From Hyphomonas sp. (GTDB lineage: Bacteria; Pseudomonadota; Alphaproteobacteria; Caulobacterales; Hyphomonadaceae), in the NCBI RefSeq assembly GCF_018402285.1, contig NZ_JAGYJH010000001.1, forward strand, positions 83,589 to 147,588: a stretch of 64,000 bases of DNA, given 5' to 3'. The notes under the pieces are model-generated. The model had not been told where the DNA came from, did no database searches, and worked only from the letters and a program-made list of their open reading frames with translations. Of the stretch, positions 1-9,854 are shown piece after piece (the stretch's first letter is position 1; each line of letters begins with the position of its first letter). Position numbers and translations under genes: made by a program.

Positions 1-153
1 GTCACGTCCCTTTAATGTCCGGCCGCATAAGGCGCCTGCCAAAGTCAAGAATGGCAGCCAAAAAACCGCAAGGCCCCTGCCGTTACGGTAGCAGGATTAC
101 CAGACACAACCGGTTTAGGGAACGTTAAGTTCGCCAGCCGCCCGCAAAATTGG

Positions 154-2160
154 TCAGGCGAACTCCACCATGATCTCGTCGGCCGCCACGCTGTCGCCCG
201 CCTTTACGTTGATGGCCTTCACCGTGCCGGTTGCGCCTGCACGGATAATGTTCTGCATCTTCATCGCCTCGACGATGCACACCGCCTCGCCTTCCTGCAC
301 TTCCTGACCCATCGTCACGTCCATCGACACGACCAGCCCCGGCATGGGCGAAATGACCAGCTTCGAGGTATCCGCCTTCGGCTTCTCCGGCAGGCGGGCG
401 TGCATGTCGGCCACAAACGGGGTACACACAAGCGCGCGCAGCGCCACGCCGCGATGCCGGAAGAGATAGCCCTCGGTCCGGTCGGCAAACTTCACGGCAA
501 ACGGCTTGCCGTCCAGCACGCCGTCCACAAGATGCTCGCCCGGATGCCAGGACGTCACAAGGCTGTGCGCCTTGCCGCCATCCACCGTGATCTGAGCTTC
601 CCCGTCCTTGCCGATATCAATGGTCACCGGGTGATGCTTGTCGCCCAGGATCACCACCCAGTCCTTGCGCATCGAGGCCGCCGGATCAGACATCTGCCCC
701 GAAATCTGCGCCGCCCGGCGCGAGAAGAAGGCATGCACATAGGCCGCCGAGCAGATCAGCTGCGCTTCCTGTTCCTTCGTCGGCTCTGTGCCCTGGAAGC
801 CTTCGGGGAACTCGTCCTTGATATAGGCCGTCGTGATGTTGCCCGAGCGGAACCGCTTCTCGTCCACAACCGCCGCAATGAACGGAATATTGTCCTGGAT
901 GCCCTCGATGTGGAACCGGTCGAGCGCCTCGCCATGCGCGTCCAGCGCCGCGTCGCGGTCTTTGCCGTGGGTGATCAGCTTGGCGATCATCGGGTCGTAG
1001 AACATCGAGATTTCGTCGCCCTCGCGCACGCCGGAATCCAGGCGCACGGTCCCGCGCGCCACTTTCCCTTCCGCAGGCGGATGGAAGCGCTTCAGGCGGC
1101 CAATCGAAGGCAGGAAGTTCCGGTACGGATCTTCCGCATACACCCGGCTCTCAACCGCCCAGCCATTGATCTTGACATCAGACTGCTTGATCTTCAGCTT
1201 CTCGCCGTAAGCCACCAGCAGCATCTGTTCGACAAGGTCCACCCCGGTGATCATCTCGGTCACCGGATGCTCGACCTGCAGGCGGGTGTTCATTTCCAGG
1301 AAATAGAAGCCCTTGTCCTTGCCGGACGCCACAAACTCCACCGTCCCGGCGCTGTCATAGTTCACAGCCTTGGCGAGCGCCACAGCCTGCTCGCCCATCT
1401 TCTTGCGCGTCTCCGCGTCGAGCAGCGGCGATGGCGCTTCCTCGATGACTTTCTGGTTCCGGCGCTGGATCGAGCATTCGCGCTCGTTGAGGTAGATGCA
1501 GTTGCCATGCTTGTCGCCCAGCACCTGGATTTCGATGTGGCGCGGCTCCAGGATGAACTTCTCGATGAAGATCCGGTCATCGCCGAAGGAGGCTGTCGCT
1601 TCGGCCTTCACCGCCGGGAAGCCTTCTTCGACTTCCTTGTCGTTGGCCGCCACGCGAATGCCTTTGCCACCGCCGCCAGCCGACGCCTTGATCATCACCG
1701 GATAGCCGATCTGGCGGCTGATCTCGACGGCGTGCCTGGTGTCGGTGATGAGGTCCATATGCCCGGGCACGGTCGAAACGCCGGCCTCCGCGGCCAGCTT
1801 CTTCGAGGAAATCTTGTCGCCCATCGCGTCAATCGCGTGCGCGTTCGGGCCGATCCAGCCGATGCCCTCTTTCTCGAGGCGCTTGGCAAAGCCGGCATTC
1901 TCCGAAAGGAAACCAAAGCCCGGATGGATCGCCTCGGCGCCGGTCTGGCGCACGGCGTCAATGATCTTGTCCTGGACGAGGTAGGACTGGGCCGCCGGCG
2001 AAGCACCGATATAAACGGTCTCATCGGCCATCTCGACCGCCATCGAGCCGGCATCGGCATCCGAATAAACCACGACCGTTTTGACGCCGAGCCTCCGGCA
2101 GGTCTTGATGACACGAACAGCGATTTCACCGCGATTGGCGATCAGGATCTTCTTGAACAT
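154..2160 (-). CDS. pccA: Acetyl/propionyl-CoA carboxylase, biotin carboxylase/BCCP alpha subunit
   Basis: N-terminal KKILIANRGEIA, ATP-grasp GGGGKG, EMNTRLQVEHPVTE, C-terminal biotinylation motif EAMKM. Confidence 0.9.
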   Translation of the reverse strand: MFKKILIANRGEIAVRVIKTCRRLGVKTVVVYSDADAGSMAVEMADETVYIGASPAAQSYLVQDKIIDAVRQTGAEAIHPGFGFLSENAGFAKRLEKEGIGWIGPNAHAIDAMGDKISSKKLAAEAGVSTVPGHMDLITDTRHAVEISRQIGYPVMIKASAGGGGKGIRVAANDKEVEEGFPAVKAEATASFGDDRIFIEKFILEPRHIEIQVLGDKHGNCIYLNERECSIQRRNQKVIEEAPSPLLDAETRKKMGEQAVALAKAVNYDSAGTVEFVASGKDKGFYFLEMNTRLQVEHPVTEMITGVDLVEQMLLVAYGEKLKIKQSDVKINGWAVESRVYAEDPYRNFLPSIGRLKRFHPPAEGKVARGTVRLDSGVREGDEISMFYDPMIAKLITHGKDRDAALDAHGEALDRFHIEGIQDNIPFIAAVVDEKRFRSGNITTAYIKDEFPEGFQGTEPTKEQEAQLICSAAYVHAFFSRRAAQISGQMSDPAASMRKDWVVILGDKHHPVTIDIGKDGEAQITVDGGKAHSLVTSWHPGEHLVDGVLDGKPFAVKFADRTEGYLFRHRGVALRALVCTPFVADMHARLPEKPKADTSKLVISPMPGLVVSMDVTMGQEVQEGEAVCIVEAMKMQNIIRAGATGTVKAINVKAGDSVAADEIMVEFA

Positions 2161-2323
2161 GCGTCCTCGGCCCTCGAAACTGCAACAAACCCGTCTCCGT
2201 TAAGCCGCCCCTGCCCCCTTGTCCATGCTTGCCCCACCGGCAATTTGCTGCGCTGCCCCTTGCAGCCAAACGGCGCCCAACTAAAGCTGGCGGCCGATAA
2301 AAAATGACGGGAGGGTCAGGTTC

Positions 2324-3543
2324 ATGGGCGGCGCAGGTAAATGGCTTCGGGGCATCGCAAGTGTTGGCGTTGTCATCATCCTCCTGCTCGGCGCAGGCTG
2401 GGTGCTGGTCGGGCCTGACTGGCGCGCCCTCATCGCCCATCCGCCCTCTGGCCGCGACGTTCTCTTCTGGTCAAATCCCCAGCGCGACGCCGCCTTCCGG
2501 ATGATGGACCGACCTGCCCCTGATCATCGAATCGCGCCCCATCGCGGCCGGCGATACCTCCCGCGCCGCTGCCTGAAGGTCCCCCGCTGGACCTCGGCCC
2601 GCTCGACCTTGACGCCTATATGGCCTCCCAGAACGCCGCCGCCCTCGTCATCCTGCAGGACGGCAAGATCCGCCTCGAACGGTATGGCAACGCCTTCACG
2701 CCCAGCGGCCGCTGGACCAGCTTCTCCGTTGCCAAATCCCTCACCTCCACTCTTGTTGGCGCCGCGATCGTGGACGGACATATCGAGAGCCTCGAAGACC
2801 CCGTCACGAAATATATCCCCGGTCTGGCCGGCTCCCCCTATGACGAGGTGACAATCGCCCAGCTCCTGACGATGACCTCCGGCGTCGCCTGGAACGAGGA
2901 CTATGAAGACCCCAATTCCGATGTCGCCCGCTTCGACAGCGCCGAGCCTGTCGCCGGTGAGATCGGCATCGTCACCTATATGCGCGGCCTCGAGCGCGCC
3001 CATCCCCCCGGCGAAGTCTGGAACTACTCCACCGGTGAAACAAACCTCATCGGCGTCCTCGTCAGCGCCGCCACCGGCAAGCCCGTCGCAGACTATCTCT
3101 CCGAAAAGATCTGGGTGGCCTATGGCATGGAACAGGACGCCACCTGGCTGCTGGGCCAGGACGGCCACGAAATCTCCGGCTGCTGCATCCAGGCCTCCAC
3201 GCGCGACTTTGCCCGCTTCGGCCAGTTCATCCTCGACGGCGCCATGACAGATGCGGGCCCCGTTGTCCCCGCCGGCTGGCTTGCCGCCGCCACCGTCAAG
3301 CAGGCAGACATCAGCGAGCCCGGCTATGGCTACGGCTATCAGTGGTGGACCTGGGACGAGGGCGCCTTCATGGCCGACGGCATCTTCGGCCAGGGCATCT
3401 TCATCGACCCGGCCCGCAACCTCGTGATCGCGTCCAACGCCAACTGGACCACCGCGCTGGGCCTGCGCGATGGCGAATGGCCCGCCCGCTCGGACTTCTA
3501 CCGCAAGGTTCAGGCTGCAATCGACGCCGAAGCGGCGGAGTAA
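2324..3543 (+). pseudogene. Serine hydrolase (class C beta-lactamase/NylB-like) with two apparent +1 frameshifts near 2513 and 2559
   Basis: N-terminal membrane anchor starts at 2324; catalytic SVAKS and WNYS motifs are in ORF 2620-3543; removing two single bases gives a continuous MMDRLPLIIESRPIAAGDTPAPLPEG... frame. May be a sequencing error rather than a real pseudogene. Confidence 0.7.
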
Positions 3544-3561
3544 AGCCTCACCAAAACCATG

Positions 3562-3721
3562 TGTAACCGGGGACATGGGTTACAGGTGTCATGGTATTTT
3601 CCGTGTGCAGCTGGAGTTGACGCGCCTCGGCAAATCCACCAGACGCGACGCCTGCGAGCTCCTCCGGGAACTGACGGAAACCACCAGTACCCGCTTCTGT
3701 CACAACATGTCCTCCGGGCTG
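3562..3721. mobile_element. Possible internally deleted IS481-like remnant / MITE
   Basis: TGTAACCGGGGACATGGGTTACA at 3562-3584 and a degenerate inverted copy TGTCACAACATGTCCTCCGG at 3698-3717, in an intergenic gap. Confidence 0.35.
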
Positions 3722-3831
3722 GCCTGCCCCATGGCCTGCCCTGCCCCCGCCACTTCGCAGGGGAGGAAAAGGACGCTTGCCTCCCTGTGTCAAATATGTT
3801 AGTGAACGCTCACTTTTAAGGAGAAGGCCCC

Positions 3832-4800
3832 ATGCCCGTCATCCGCCTCGACCTCGCCGCCCTCATGAAATCCGGCCAGATCACGCCCGAGGAGGCCACC
3901 CGGCTTGCCGCCCTCGCCCTGCCTGGCACGCGCGCCGGCCTGGCGGTCAACCTGCTCCTGATCTTCGGCGCCGTCGCGGTCGCCATTGCCGCCATCGCCC
4001 TTGTGCCCAATGCGGCCACCGGCCTGATGCTCGCCCTCGGCGCCATCACGGGCGCGGAAATCCTCCGCCGCCTGAAGACGGGTCCTGTCACCGGCGATAG
4101 CTTTGCCCTCCTCGCCACTGCCCTTGCCCTCATGGGCACACTCGGCCTCGCCGGCTGGACCGCCTGGCAGTTCCAGGACGCCCCCGCCACCGCCCCTGCC
4201 GTGCTGGTCACCTTCGTGCTCGCCGCCGGCGCCCTCTGGTATTGCTCCGCCTTCCTCGCAGCCCTGGCCGTCCTCGCCCTCGGCGCGGTCTTCGGCACAG
4301 GAACGGGCTACTGGCATGCCAGCTACGGCCTCTTCGTGGAGGAGCCGGTGATCACGATCGCTGTCTTCGGCGCCCTCGCCGCCGGCCTCTATCAGCTGCG
4401 CGCAACGCTCCCGGAAGCCTGGTCCAATCTCACCACTGTTGCGGCCCGCACCGGTCTTGTCCTTGTCCATTTCGGCTTCTGGGTCGGCTCGCTCTGGGGC
4501 GATGTCATCGGCGACAGCTGGCTGCCCTATGGTTCGCGCTCGGAGGCTGGCCGCATCCTTCCCTGGATATTCTCCCTCGGCTGGGCCGGCTTCTCCCTCG
4601 CCCTTGCCCTGCGCACCCCGCGCGGCGGCTTCCTGTCAGTCAGCGCCCTCGTCTTCCTCGCCATCCATGGCTACACCCAGTATTTCGAGACCTTCGGCGC
4701 CGAGCCGATGAGCCTCCTCATCGCGGGCCTCGTCCTGGTTGGCCTCGCCATCGGCGTCGCCCGGTTCGTCCGCCGGGGCGAGCTCAAGCCTGACGGATGA
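3832..4800 (+). CDS. Multi-pass membrane protein (DUF2157-like)
   Basis: AAGGAG RBS; N-terminal SGQITPEEA followed by about 10 hydrophobic segments. Confidence 0.6.
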   Translation: MPVIRLDLAALMKSGQITPEEATRLAALALPGTRAGLAVNLLLIFGAVAVAIAAIALVPNAATGLMLALGAITGAEILRRLKTGPVTGDSFALLATALALMGTLGLAGWTAWQFQDAPATAPAVLVTFVLAAGALWYCSAFLAALAVLALGAVFGTGTGYWHASYGLFVEEPVITIAVFGALAAGLYQLRATLPEAWSNLTTVAARTGLVLVHFGFWVGSLWGDVIGDSWLPYGSRSEAGRILPWIFSLGWAGFSLALALRTPRGGFLSVSALVFLAIHGYTQYFETFGAEPMSLLIAGLVLVGLAIGVARFVRRGELKPDG

Positions 4801-5218
4801 ATTTGGAAAAGGTGTAGATCAGGTCTCGCGGCGCCTCGGCCGTCATCAGGCTGTCGACAGGATCGTCGCGTCTTGCCAGCATGGTCCCGGCAACTTTCGT
4901 GGATTGGCCGTCTTTGTCCACGCGGAAGTAGTTCATCGACCAGAGCGGAAAGGCCCGCGTTCGGGAGCATTCGGCCAGGATGCGCACCACGCCGCTATGC
5001 CGGTCGTCCTTCATTATCCGGCCGAAAATGTCCTCTACCTCTGCGCGCGGACCCTCGATCAGCTGCATGAAGCTCGCCCCATTATGGGCGAGGTAGCCGG
5101 TGATGTGGCGCTCTTCATTATTGGACTGGGAGGTGTTGAGAATACTCAGCATATCCGTCTCCGTCAGGCCGGGACGGGCCGTGCTCACATAGATCAGGCG
5201 GAACAGGTCATGGCTCAT
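4784..5218 (-). CDS. Stand-alone BLUF domain blue-light sensor
   Basis: LIYVS, NN..HITGYL, FMQLIEG, DDRH and WSM: conserved Tyr/Gln/Trp/Met of BLUF. Confidence 0.9.
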   Translation of the reverse strand: MSHDLFRLIYVSTARPGLTETDMLSILNTSQSNNEERHITGYLAHNGASFMQLIEGPRAEVEDIFGRIMKDDRHSGVVRILAECSRTRAFPLWSMNYFRVDKDGQSTKVAGTMLARRDDPVDSLMTAEAPRDLIYTFSKFIRQA

Positions 5219-5393
5219 GCAGATAGAACGAACAGCCATATATACCGGTTCCCGGCAAGCTGCTGCACCGCCCGGTTGCCCCGCCGCCCCCGCGCCGCGC
5301 GCCACGCGGGCGCGCCCCTCCCTTGACTTCCCCGCCGGCCCCCAGCCCATTGATAAGGCAGCAAAAACCGGACCGGGATAAAGGAAACACCAG

Positions 5394-6206
5394 ATGACCC
5401 AACGAGACCTTGAAGGCCGCACCGCTCTGATCACCGGTTCGGCCACCGGCCTTGGCCGCTCGATCGCCCTTAAGCTCGCCGAACGCGGCGCCAGCGTCAT
5501 CATCAACTGCACCAAGTCGATTGCCGATGGCGAAGCCACCGTCGCCGATTGCCAGGCCGCCGGCGCCCAGGCCCGTCTTGTCCCGGCGGATATCTCCACC
5601 GATGAAGGCTGCCAGAAGCTCGCCGATGCCGCCGCCCAGGCCGGCCGGCTCGACATCCTCGTCAACAATGCCGGCATAACCAAACATGCCCGCGATCACA
5701 GCGACCTGGACGCCCTCAGCCGGGAGGATTTCCTCAACCTCTACTCTGTCAATGTCGCCGGGCCCTTCATCCTTCTGCAGAAAACCAAGGACCTGCTGGT
5801 CGAGGCCCACCGCCAGACCGGCCGCGCCTCTGCCGTCCTCAATGTCTCCTCCATTGCCGGTGTGGCCGGGGTTGGCTCATCGGTCGCCTATGCCGCCTCC
5901 AAGGGCGCGTTCAATACCATGACGATCAGCCTCGCCCGGGCGCTGGCCCCCGCTATCCGCGTCAACGCCGTCTGCCCGGGCTTCATTGGCACCCGCTGGT
6001 TCAAGGACACGATGAGCGAGGAGCAATACACGAAGATGGAGGCCGGGGTGGCCGCCTCGGTCCCCCTGAATGTCGCCTCCGGCCCGGACGACATTGCCGA
6101 TTCCGCCCTGTTCCTCGTCAGTGACGCCTCCCGTCACATAACTGGTGAAACCCTGCTGGTGGATGCCGGCATGCACCTTGGCTATGCCCCGCTGAAGGCA
6201 CGCTGA
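5394..6206 (+). CDS. SDR family oxidoreductase
   Basis: TGSATGLG, NNAG, YAASK, NAVCPG. Confidence 0.9.
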   Translation: MTQRDLEGRTALITGSATGLGRSIALKLAERGASVIINCTKSIADGEATVADCQAAGAQARLVPADISTDEGCQKLADAAAQAGRLDILVNNAGITKHARDHSDLDALSREDFLNLYSVNVAGPFILLQKTKDLLVEAHRQTGRASAVLNVSSIAGVAGVGSSVAYAASKGAFNTMTISLARALAPAIRVNAVCPGFIGTRWFKDTMSEEQYTKMEAGVAASVPLNVASGPDDIADSALFLVSDASRHITGETLLVDAGMHLGYAPLKAR

Positions 6207-6403
6207 CTCGCCCTCTGCCTGATTTCTGGACGCTGCAGCGCACAATTGCGAGGCAAGGGCATCTGCATCTGCCTAAAACAGCGGCGTTCCGCCCCCTCTC
6301 GCCGGTGTTCCCGTCAGGGCAGCATCGGCAAGACCGGGAAAGCCCGGCACTTTCGTCCATGGCGCTCAAGCGGGAGCGTGATCAAAAGACGGGGTTAACA
6401 CGC

Positions 6404-7075
6404 ATGCGTATGAAATTTCTTCAGGCGGGAGTCGCACTGGCTGTCATGGTGGCGGCTGCCGGCACTGCCTCGGCCCAGGGTGAGTTCTCGGGCAACGTCG
6501 CTCTGACCACAGACTATGTCTGGCGCGGTGTCTCCCAGTCCAACGGCGACATGGCCATCTCCGGCGGCTTCGACTATTCCAACGGCATGTTCTATGCCGG
6601 CACCTGGGCATCGAACGTCGATTTCGGTGACGCGTCCGACACCAACGTGGAAATCGACTTCTATGGCGGTCTTGCCGGTGAACTCGAAAGCGGCATCAGC
6701 TGGGATGTCGGCGTGATCTACTACGCCTATCCCGACGCGGAGGAATCCGACCTGGACTTCGTCGAAATCAAGGGCGCGCTCGGCTATGCCTTTGAAGGCG
6801 GCCTCGCTGTCGGCGGTGAAGCCTATTACGACATCGACAACAAGAACCTCTATCTGAACGCCACGGCAGGCTATTCCCTGTCCGACGCCTTCAGCGTGGA
6901 CGGCAGCGTCGGCAACTACCAGTTCGATGCTGGCGGCGACTACACCAACTGGTCGCTCGGCGGCACCTACTCCGCCCTCGGCTTCGGCTTTGACCTGCGC
7001 TACTGGGATACCGACATCGACGCCACCGACATCGCCGACGAGCGCATCGTGTTCACCATTTCGCGCTCAATGTAA
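6404..7075 (+). CDS. TorF-family putative outer-membrane porin
   Basis: Signal peptide, then SGNVALTTDYVWRGVSQ, GGFDY, GTWASNVDF, EIDFYGG. Confidence 0.85.
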   Translation: MRMKFLQAGVALAVMVAAAGTASAQGEFSGNVALTTDYVWRGVSQSNGDMAISGGFDYSNGMFYAGTWASNVDFGDASDTNVEIDFYGGLAGELESGISWDVGVIYYAYPDAEESDLDFVEIKGALGYAFEGGLAVGGEAYYDIDNKNLYLNATAGYSLSDAFSVDGSVGNYQFDAGGDYTNWSLGGTYSALGFGFDLRYWDTDIDATDIADERIVFTISRSM

Positions 7076-7112
7076 TCTGCCTGAAGGACCTGGAAACAGG
7101 GCCTGAAATCTG

Positions 7113-7160
7113 AAGCCGCGTGCGGGGTGTCTGTTTTCCCGGCACGCGGCTTTCTTTTTT
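7113..7160 (+). terminator. Rho-independent terminator
   Basis: AAGCCGCGTGC...GCACGCGGCTT stem followed by TCTTTTTT. Confidence 0.75.
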
Positions 7161-7234
7161 CGCGTTTACGAAGAGGGGGTAGAACCGCCTCAAAAGGCGG
7201 TTTATAGGCATGATCTTTCCCTGAGGAGAGGCGC

Positions 7235-8356
7235 ATGCGAATTGGTGTTCCAACAGAAATCAAAAAGCAGGAATCCCGTGTCGGCCTGACACCTGAAAGC
7301 GCTGGCGAGCTCGTTCGCGCGGGCCATCAGGTGAACATTCAGGCAGGCGCGGGTGTTGCTTCAGGCTTTGCTGACGAAGCCTATACCGCCATCGGCGCGG
7401 CAATCCTGCCCGATGCCGCCGCCCTGTTCGGCGAGAGCGAACTGATCGTAAAAGTGAAGGAACCGCAGCCGGAAGAAACCGCGCGCCTCACGAAGAACCA
7501 TACCCTCTTCACCTACCTCCACCTCGCTCCCGATCCGGTCCAGGCCAGGGGCCTGATGGATTCCGGCTGCCTTGCGATTGCCTATGAAACGGTGACCGAT
7601 GCGCATGGCGCCCTGCCGCTGCTGCGCCCGATGAGCCAGGTGGCCGGGCGCATGTCGATGCAGGTGGCTGCCGGCGCGCTGATGCGCACCAAGGGACGCG
7701 GCCGCGGCATCCTGATGGGCGGCGTGCCCGGCGTGGCGCCTGCAAAGGTCGTCATTATCGGCGGCGGCGTCTCGGGCACCCATGCCGCAGAAATCGCTGT
7801 CGGCATGCGGGCCGATGTCTGGATCTTCGACCGCAACAATGAACGCCTTGGCGAGCTCGACGAGCAGTTCCGCGGCACCGTCAACACGATGTATTCCACC
7901 GCCCACTCCCTCGCCGAAGCGATCAAGGACGCAGACCTCGTGATCGGCGCTGTGCTGATCCCCGGCGCCTCGGCTCCCAAGCTGATCAGCCGCGCGCAGC
8001 TCTCCACCATGCAGCCGGGCTCGGTACTGGTGGACATCGCCATCGACCAGGGCGGCTGTTTCGAGACAAGCCATCCGACCACGCATGATGACCCCATCTA
8101 CGAAGTCGACGGCATCCTCCACTATTGCGTGGCCAACATGCCCGGCGCCGTGCCGCGCACTTCCACCTACGCGCTCAACAACGCCACCCTGCCCTTCGTC
8201 ATGCAGATCGCCAATCTCGGCGCCCGCAATGCCATCAACGCCAACAAGCATCTGGCCAATGGACTCACGGTCGATCAGGGCACCATCGCCCACAAGCTCG
8301 TCGCCCGCGACCTTGGCGAAAAATATGTGCGTCCGGAATGGCTGACGGTCATCTGA
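7235..8356 (+). CDS. ald: Alanine dehydrogenase
   Basis: MRIGVPTEIKKQESRV, LFTYLHLA, DIAIDQGGCFETS, YCVANMPGAVPRTST. Confidence 0.95.
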   Translation: MRIGVPTEIKKQESRVGLTPESAGELVRAGHQVNIQAGAGVASGFADEAYTAIGAAILPDAAALFGESELIVKVKEPQPEETARLTKNHTLFTYLHLAPDPVQARGLMDSGCLAIAYETVTDAHGALPLLRPMSQVAGRMSMQVAAGALMRTKGRGRGILMGGVPGVAPAKVVIIGGGVSGTHAAEIAVGMRADVWIFDRNNERLGELDEQFRGTVNTMYSTAHSLAEAIKDADLVIGAVLIPGASAPKLISRAQLSTMQPGSVLVDIAIDQGGCFETSHPTTHDDPIYEVDGILHYCVANMPGAVPRTSTYALNNATLPFVMQIANLGARNAINANKHLANGLTVDQGTIAHKLVARDLGEKYVRPEWLTVI

Positions 8357-8374
8357 CCATCTGACTCCAGATGT

Positions 8375-8410
8375 AAAAGCCCGGACAGCGTCCTGCTGCC
8401 CGGGCTTTTT
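8375..8410. terminator. Bidirectional terminator
   Basis: AAAAGCCCGG...CCGGGCTTTTT between convergent genes. Confidence 0.8.
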
Positions 8411-8429
8411 GCTGCCTTGCGCTGCGGCC

Positions 8430-9737
8430 TCAGGGTTTGATGACCTCGCCGCGCGCCATGACGAAGCTGACAGATTTCAGCAGCTTCACATCCGCCACCG
8501 GGTCTCCCTTCACGGCGATGATGTCGGCGCTCTTGCCGGGCTCCAGTGTGCCGGCCGTTTCGGTGATGCCGAGCAGGTCGGCCGCGTTCACGGTGGCCGC
8601 CTTGATGGCTTCCATCGGCGGCATCCCGAAGCGCACCATCAGCTCGAACTCATCCCCGTTGCGGCCATGCTTCGAAACGCCGGCATCGGTGCCGAAGGCA
8701 ATCGGAACGCCCTTGGGATAGAGGATTTCGAGGCTCTTGCCGGTGATGCCGATGCGCCATTCGATCTTGGCGCGCACATCGGGCTCATACGCGTCGGGAT
8801 TGGCTTCCAGCCGCTCGATATATCCGTTCACGGTCGAAAGGGTCGGCACATAATAAGCGCCCGAGGCCACGAACGCCTCGATGGTTTCCGGGTCAAGGAT
8901 TGTACCATGCTCGATGGAATCCACTCCCGCTTCCAGCGCCAGGCGGATACCGTCCTCGCCATGGGCATGGGCCGAGACCTTCTTGCCAAAGAGGTTTGCC
9001 GTCTGCACGATGGCCACTGCCTCGTCCTCGAACATCTGCTTGCCAAGGCCCGCGCCGATCCGGCTGTTGACCCCGCCGGTGGTGGCGAGCTTGATCACGT
9101 CCGCCCCGCGCGACACTTGCAAACGGACCGCCCGGCGGCAATCCTCGGCCCCGTCACACGTATTGCCCGCTGCCTTGAAATAGGGACGCAGCTCGTCGCG
9201 GTATCCCAGCGAGCCATCCATATGGCCCGACGACACCGAGATCGAATTGCCCGCGTCCAGAATGCGCGGCCCCTGGATCTGGCCATCATTGATCGCGTCG
9301 CGCAGCGCCAGCACCGCCCCGTCGCTGTCGCCCAGATTACGCACCGTGGTGAAGCCTGCGCGCAGCGTCTTCATCCCGTTCTCCCAGGCGTCAAAAGCCT
9401 GCGCTGCCGGCGAGAGGGTGATCTCTTCCAGCTGCCCGGCAATCCCGCCGGAATCAGACGTGAGGTGGACATGCGCGTCGATCAGGCCGGGCAGCACATA
9501 GCTGTCCTTCAGGTCGATCACGCGGACATTGCGGCCCGCCGCCTTGAAACCATTTTCCACGGACACGATCTTGCCATCTGTCACGGTAATAGTGGTCGCC
9601 CCGCGCGGCGCATTGCCCGGCACATCCAGCACCTTTCCGGCGTGGATGATCACGGTCTCAGCGGCAGACGGCAGCGCCGCCGCAACGCAGAGCGCTGCAA
9701 TTGCGGCAGCGCGTTTCAGGCTCAGGGTAAAGGTCAT
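8430..9737 (-). CDS. Secreted metal-dependent amidohydrolase (Xaa-Pro dipeptidase-like)
   Basis: Signal peptide; PGLIDAHVH, AHAHG, SIEHG, FGTDAG. Confidence 0.85.
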   Translation of the reverse strand: MTFTLSLKRAAAIAALCVAAALPSAAETVIIHAGKVLDVPGNAPRGATTITVTDGKIVSVENGFKAAGRNVRVIDLKDSYVLPGLIDAHVHLTSDSGGIAGQLEEITLSPAAQAFDAWENGMKTLRAGFTTVRNLGDSDGAVLALRDAINDGQIQGPRILDAGNSISVSSGHMDGSLGYRDELRPYFKAAGNTCDGAEDCRRAVRLQVSRGADVIKLATTGGVNSRIGAGLGKQMFEDEAVAIVQTANLFGKKVSAHAHGEDGIRLALEAGVDSIEHGTILDPETIEAFVASGAYYVPTLSTVNGYIERLEANPDAYEPDVRAKIEWRIGITGKSLEILYPKGVPIAFGTDAGVSKHGRNGDEFELMVRFGMPPMEAIKAATVNAADLLGITETAGTLEPGKSADIIAVKGDPVADVKLLKSVSFVMARGEVIKP

Positions 9738-9854
9738 CGGATCAGTCCTCCCGGGTCAACAGATCTGGCATAACTCTTATAGGACGGTTGCGCCGAGAAA
9801 ACCCTCATCATCCATCCCATCTCGGCTAGGGTGGGCAAAGACAAGGAGGCCCTC

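Noticed and set aside
114..128. TTTA-N7-TTAA possible CtrA box
   Set aside because: One mismatch, and the target gene would lie outside the window, so it cannot be evaluated
400..2307. Long antisense ORFs (also 8409-9773, 10681-12276, 59758-61320, 61917-63557)
   Set aside because: Shadow frames of well-supported genes in high-GC DNA, with no recognisable motifs
3801..3814. AGTGA-ACGC-TCACT palindrome before the membrane protein gene
   Set aside because: Only 5-bp arms and no cognate regulator nearby; too weak to call
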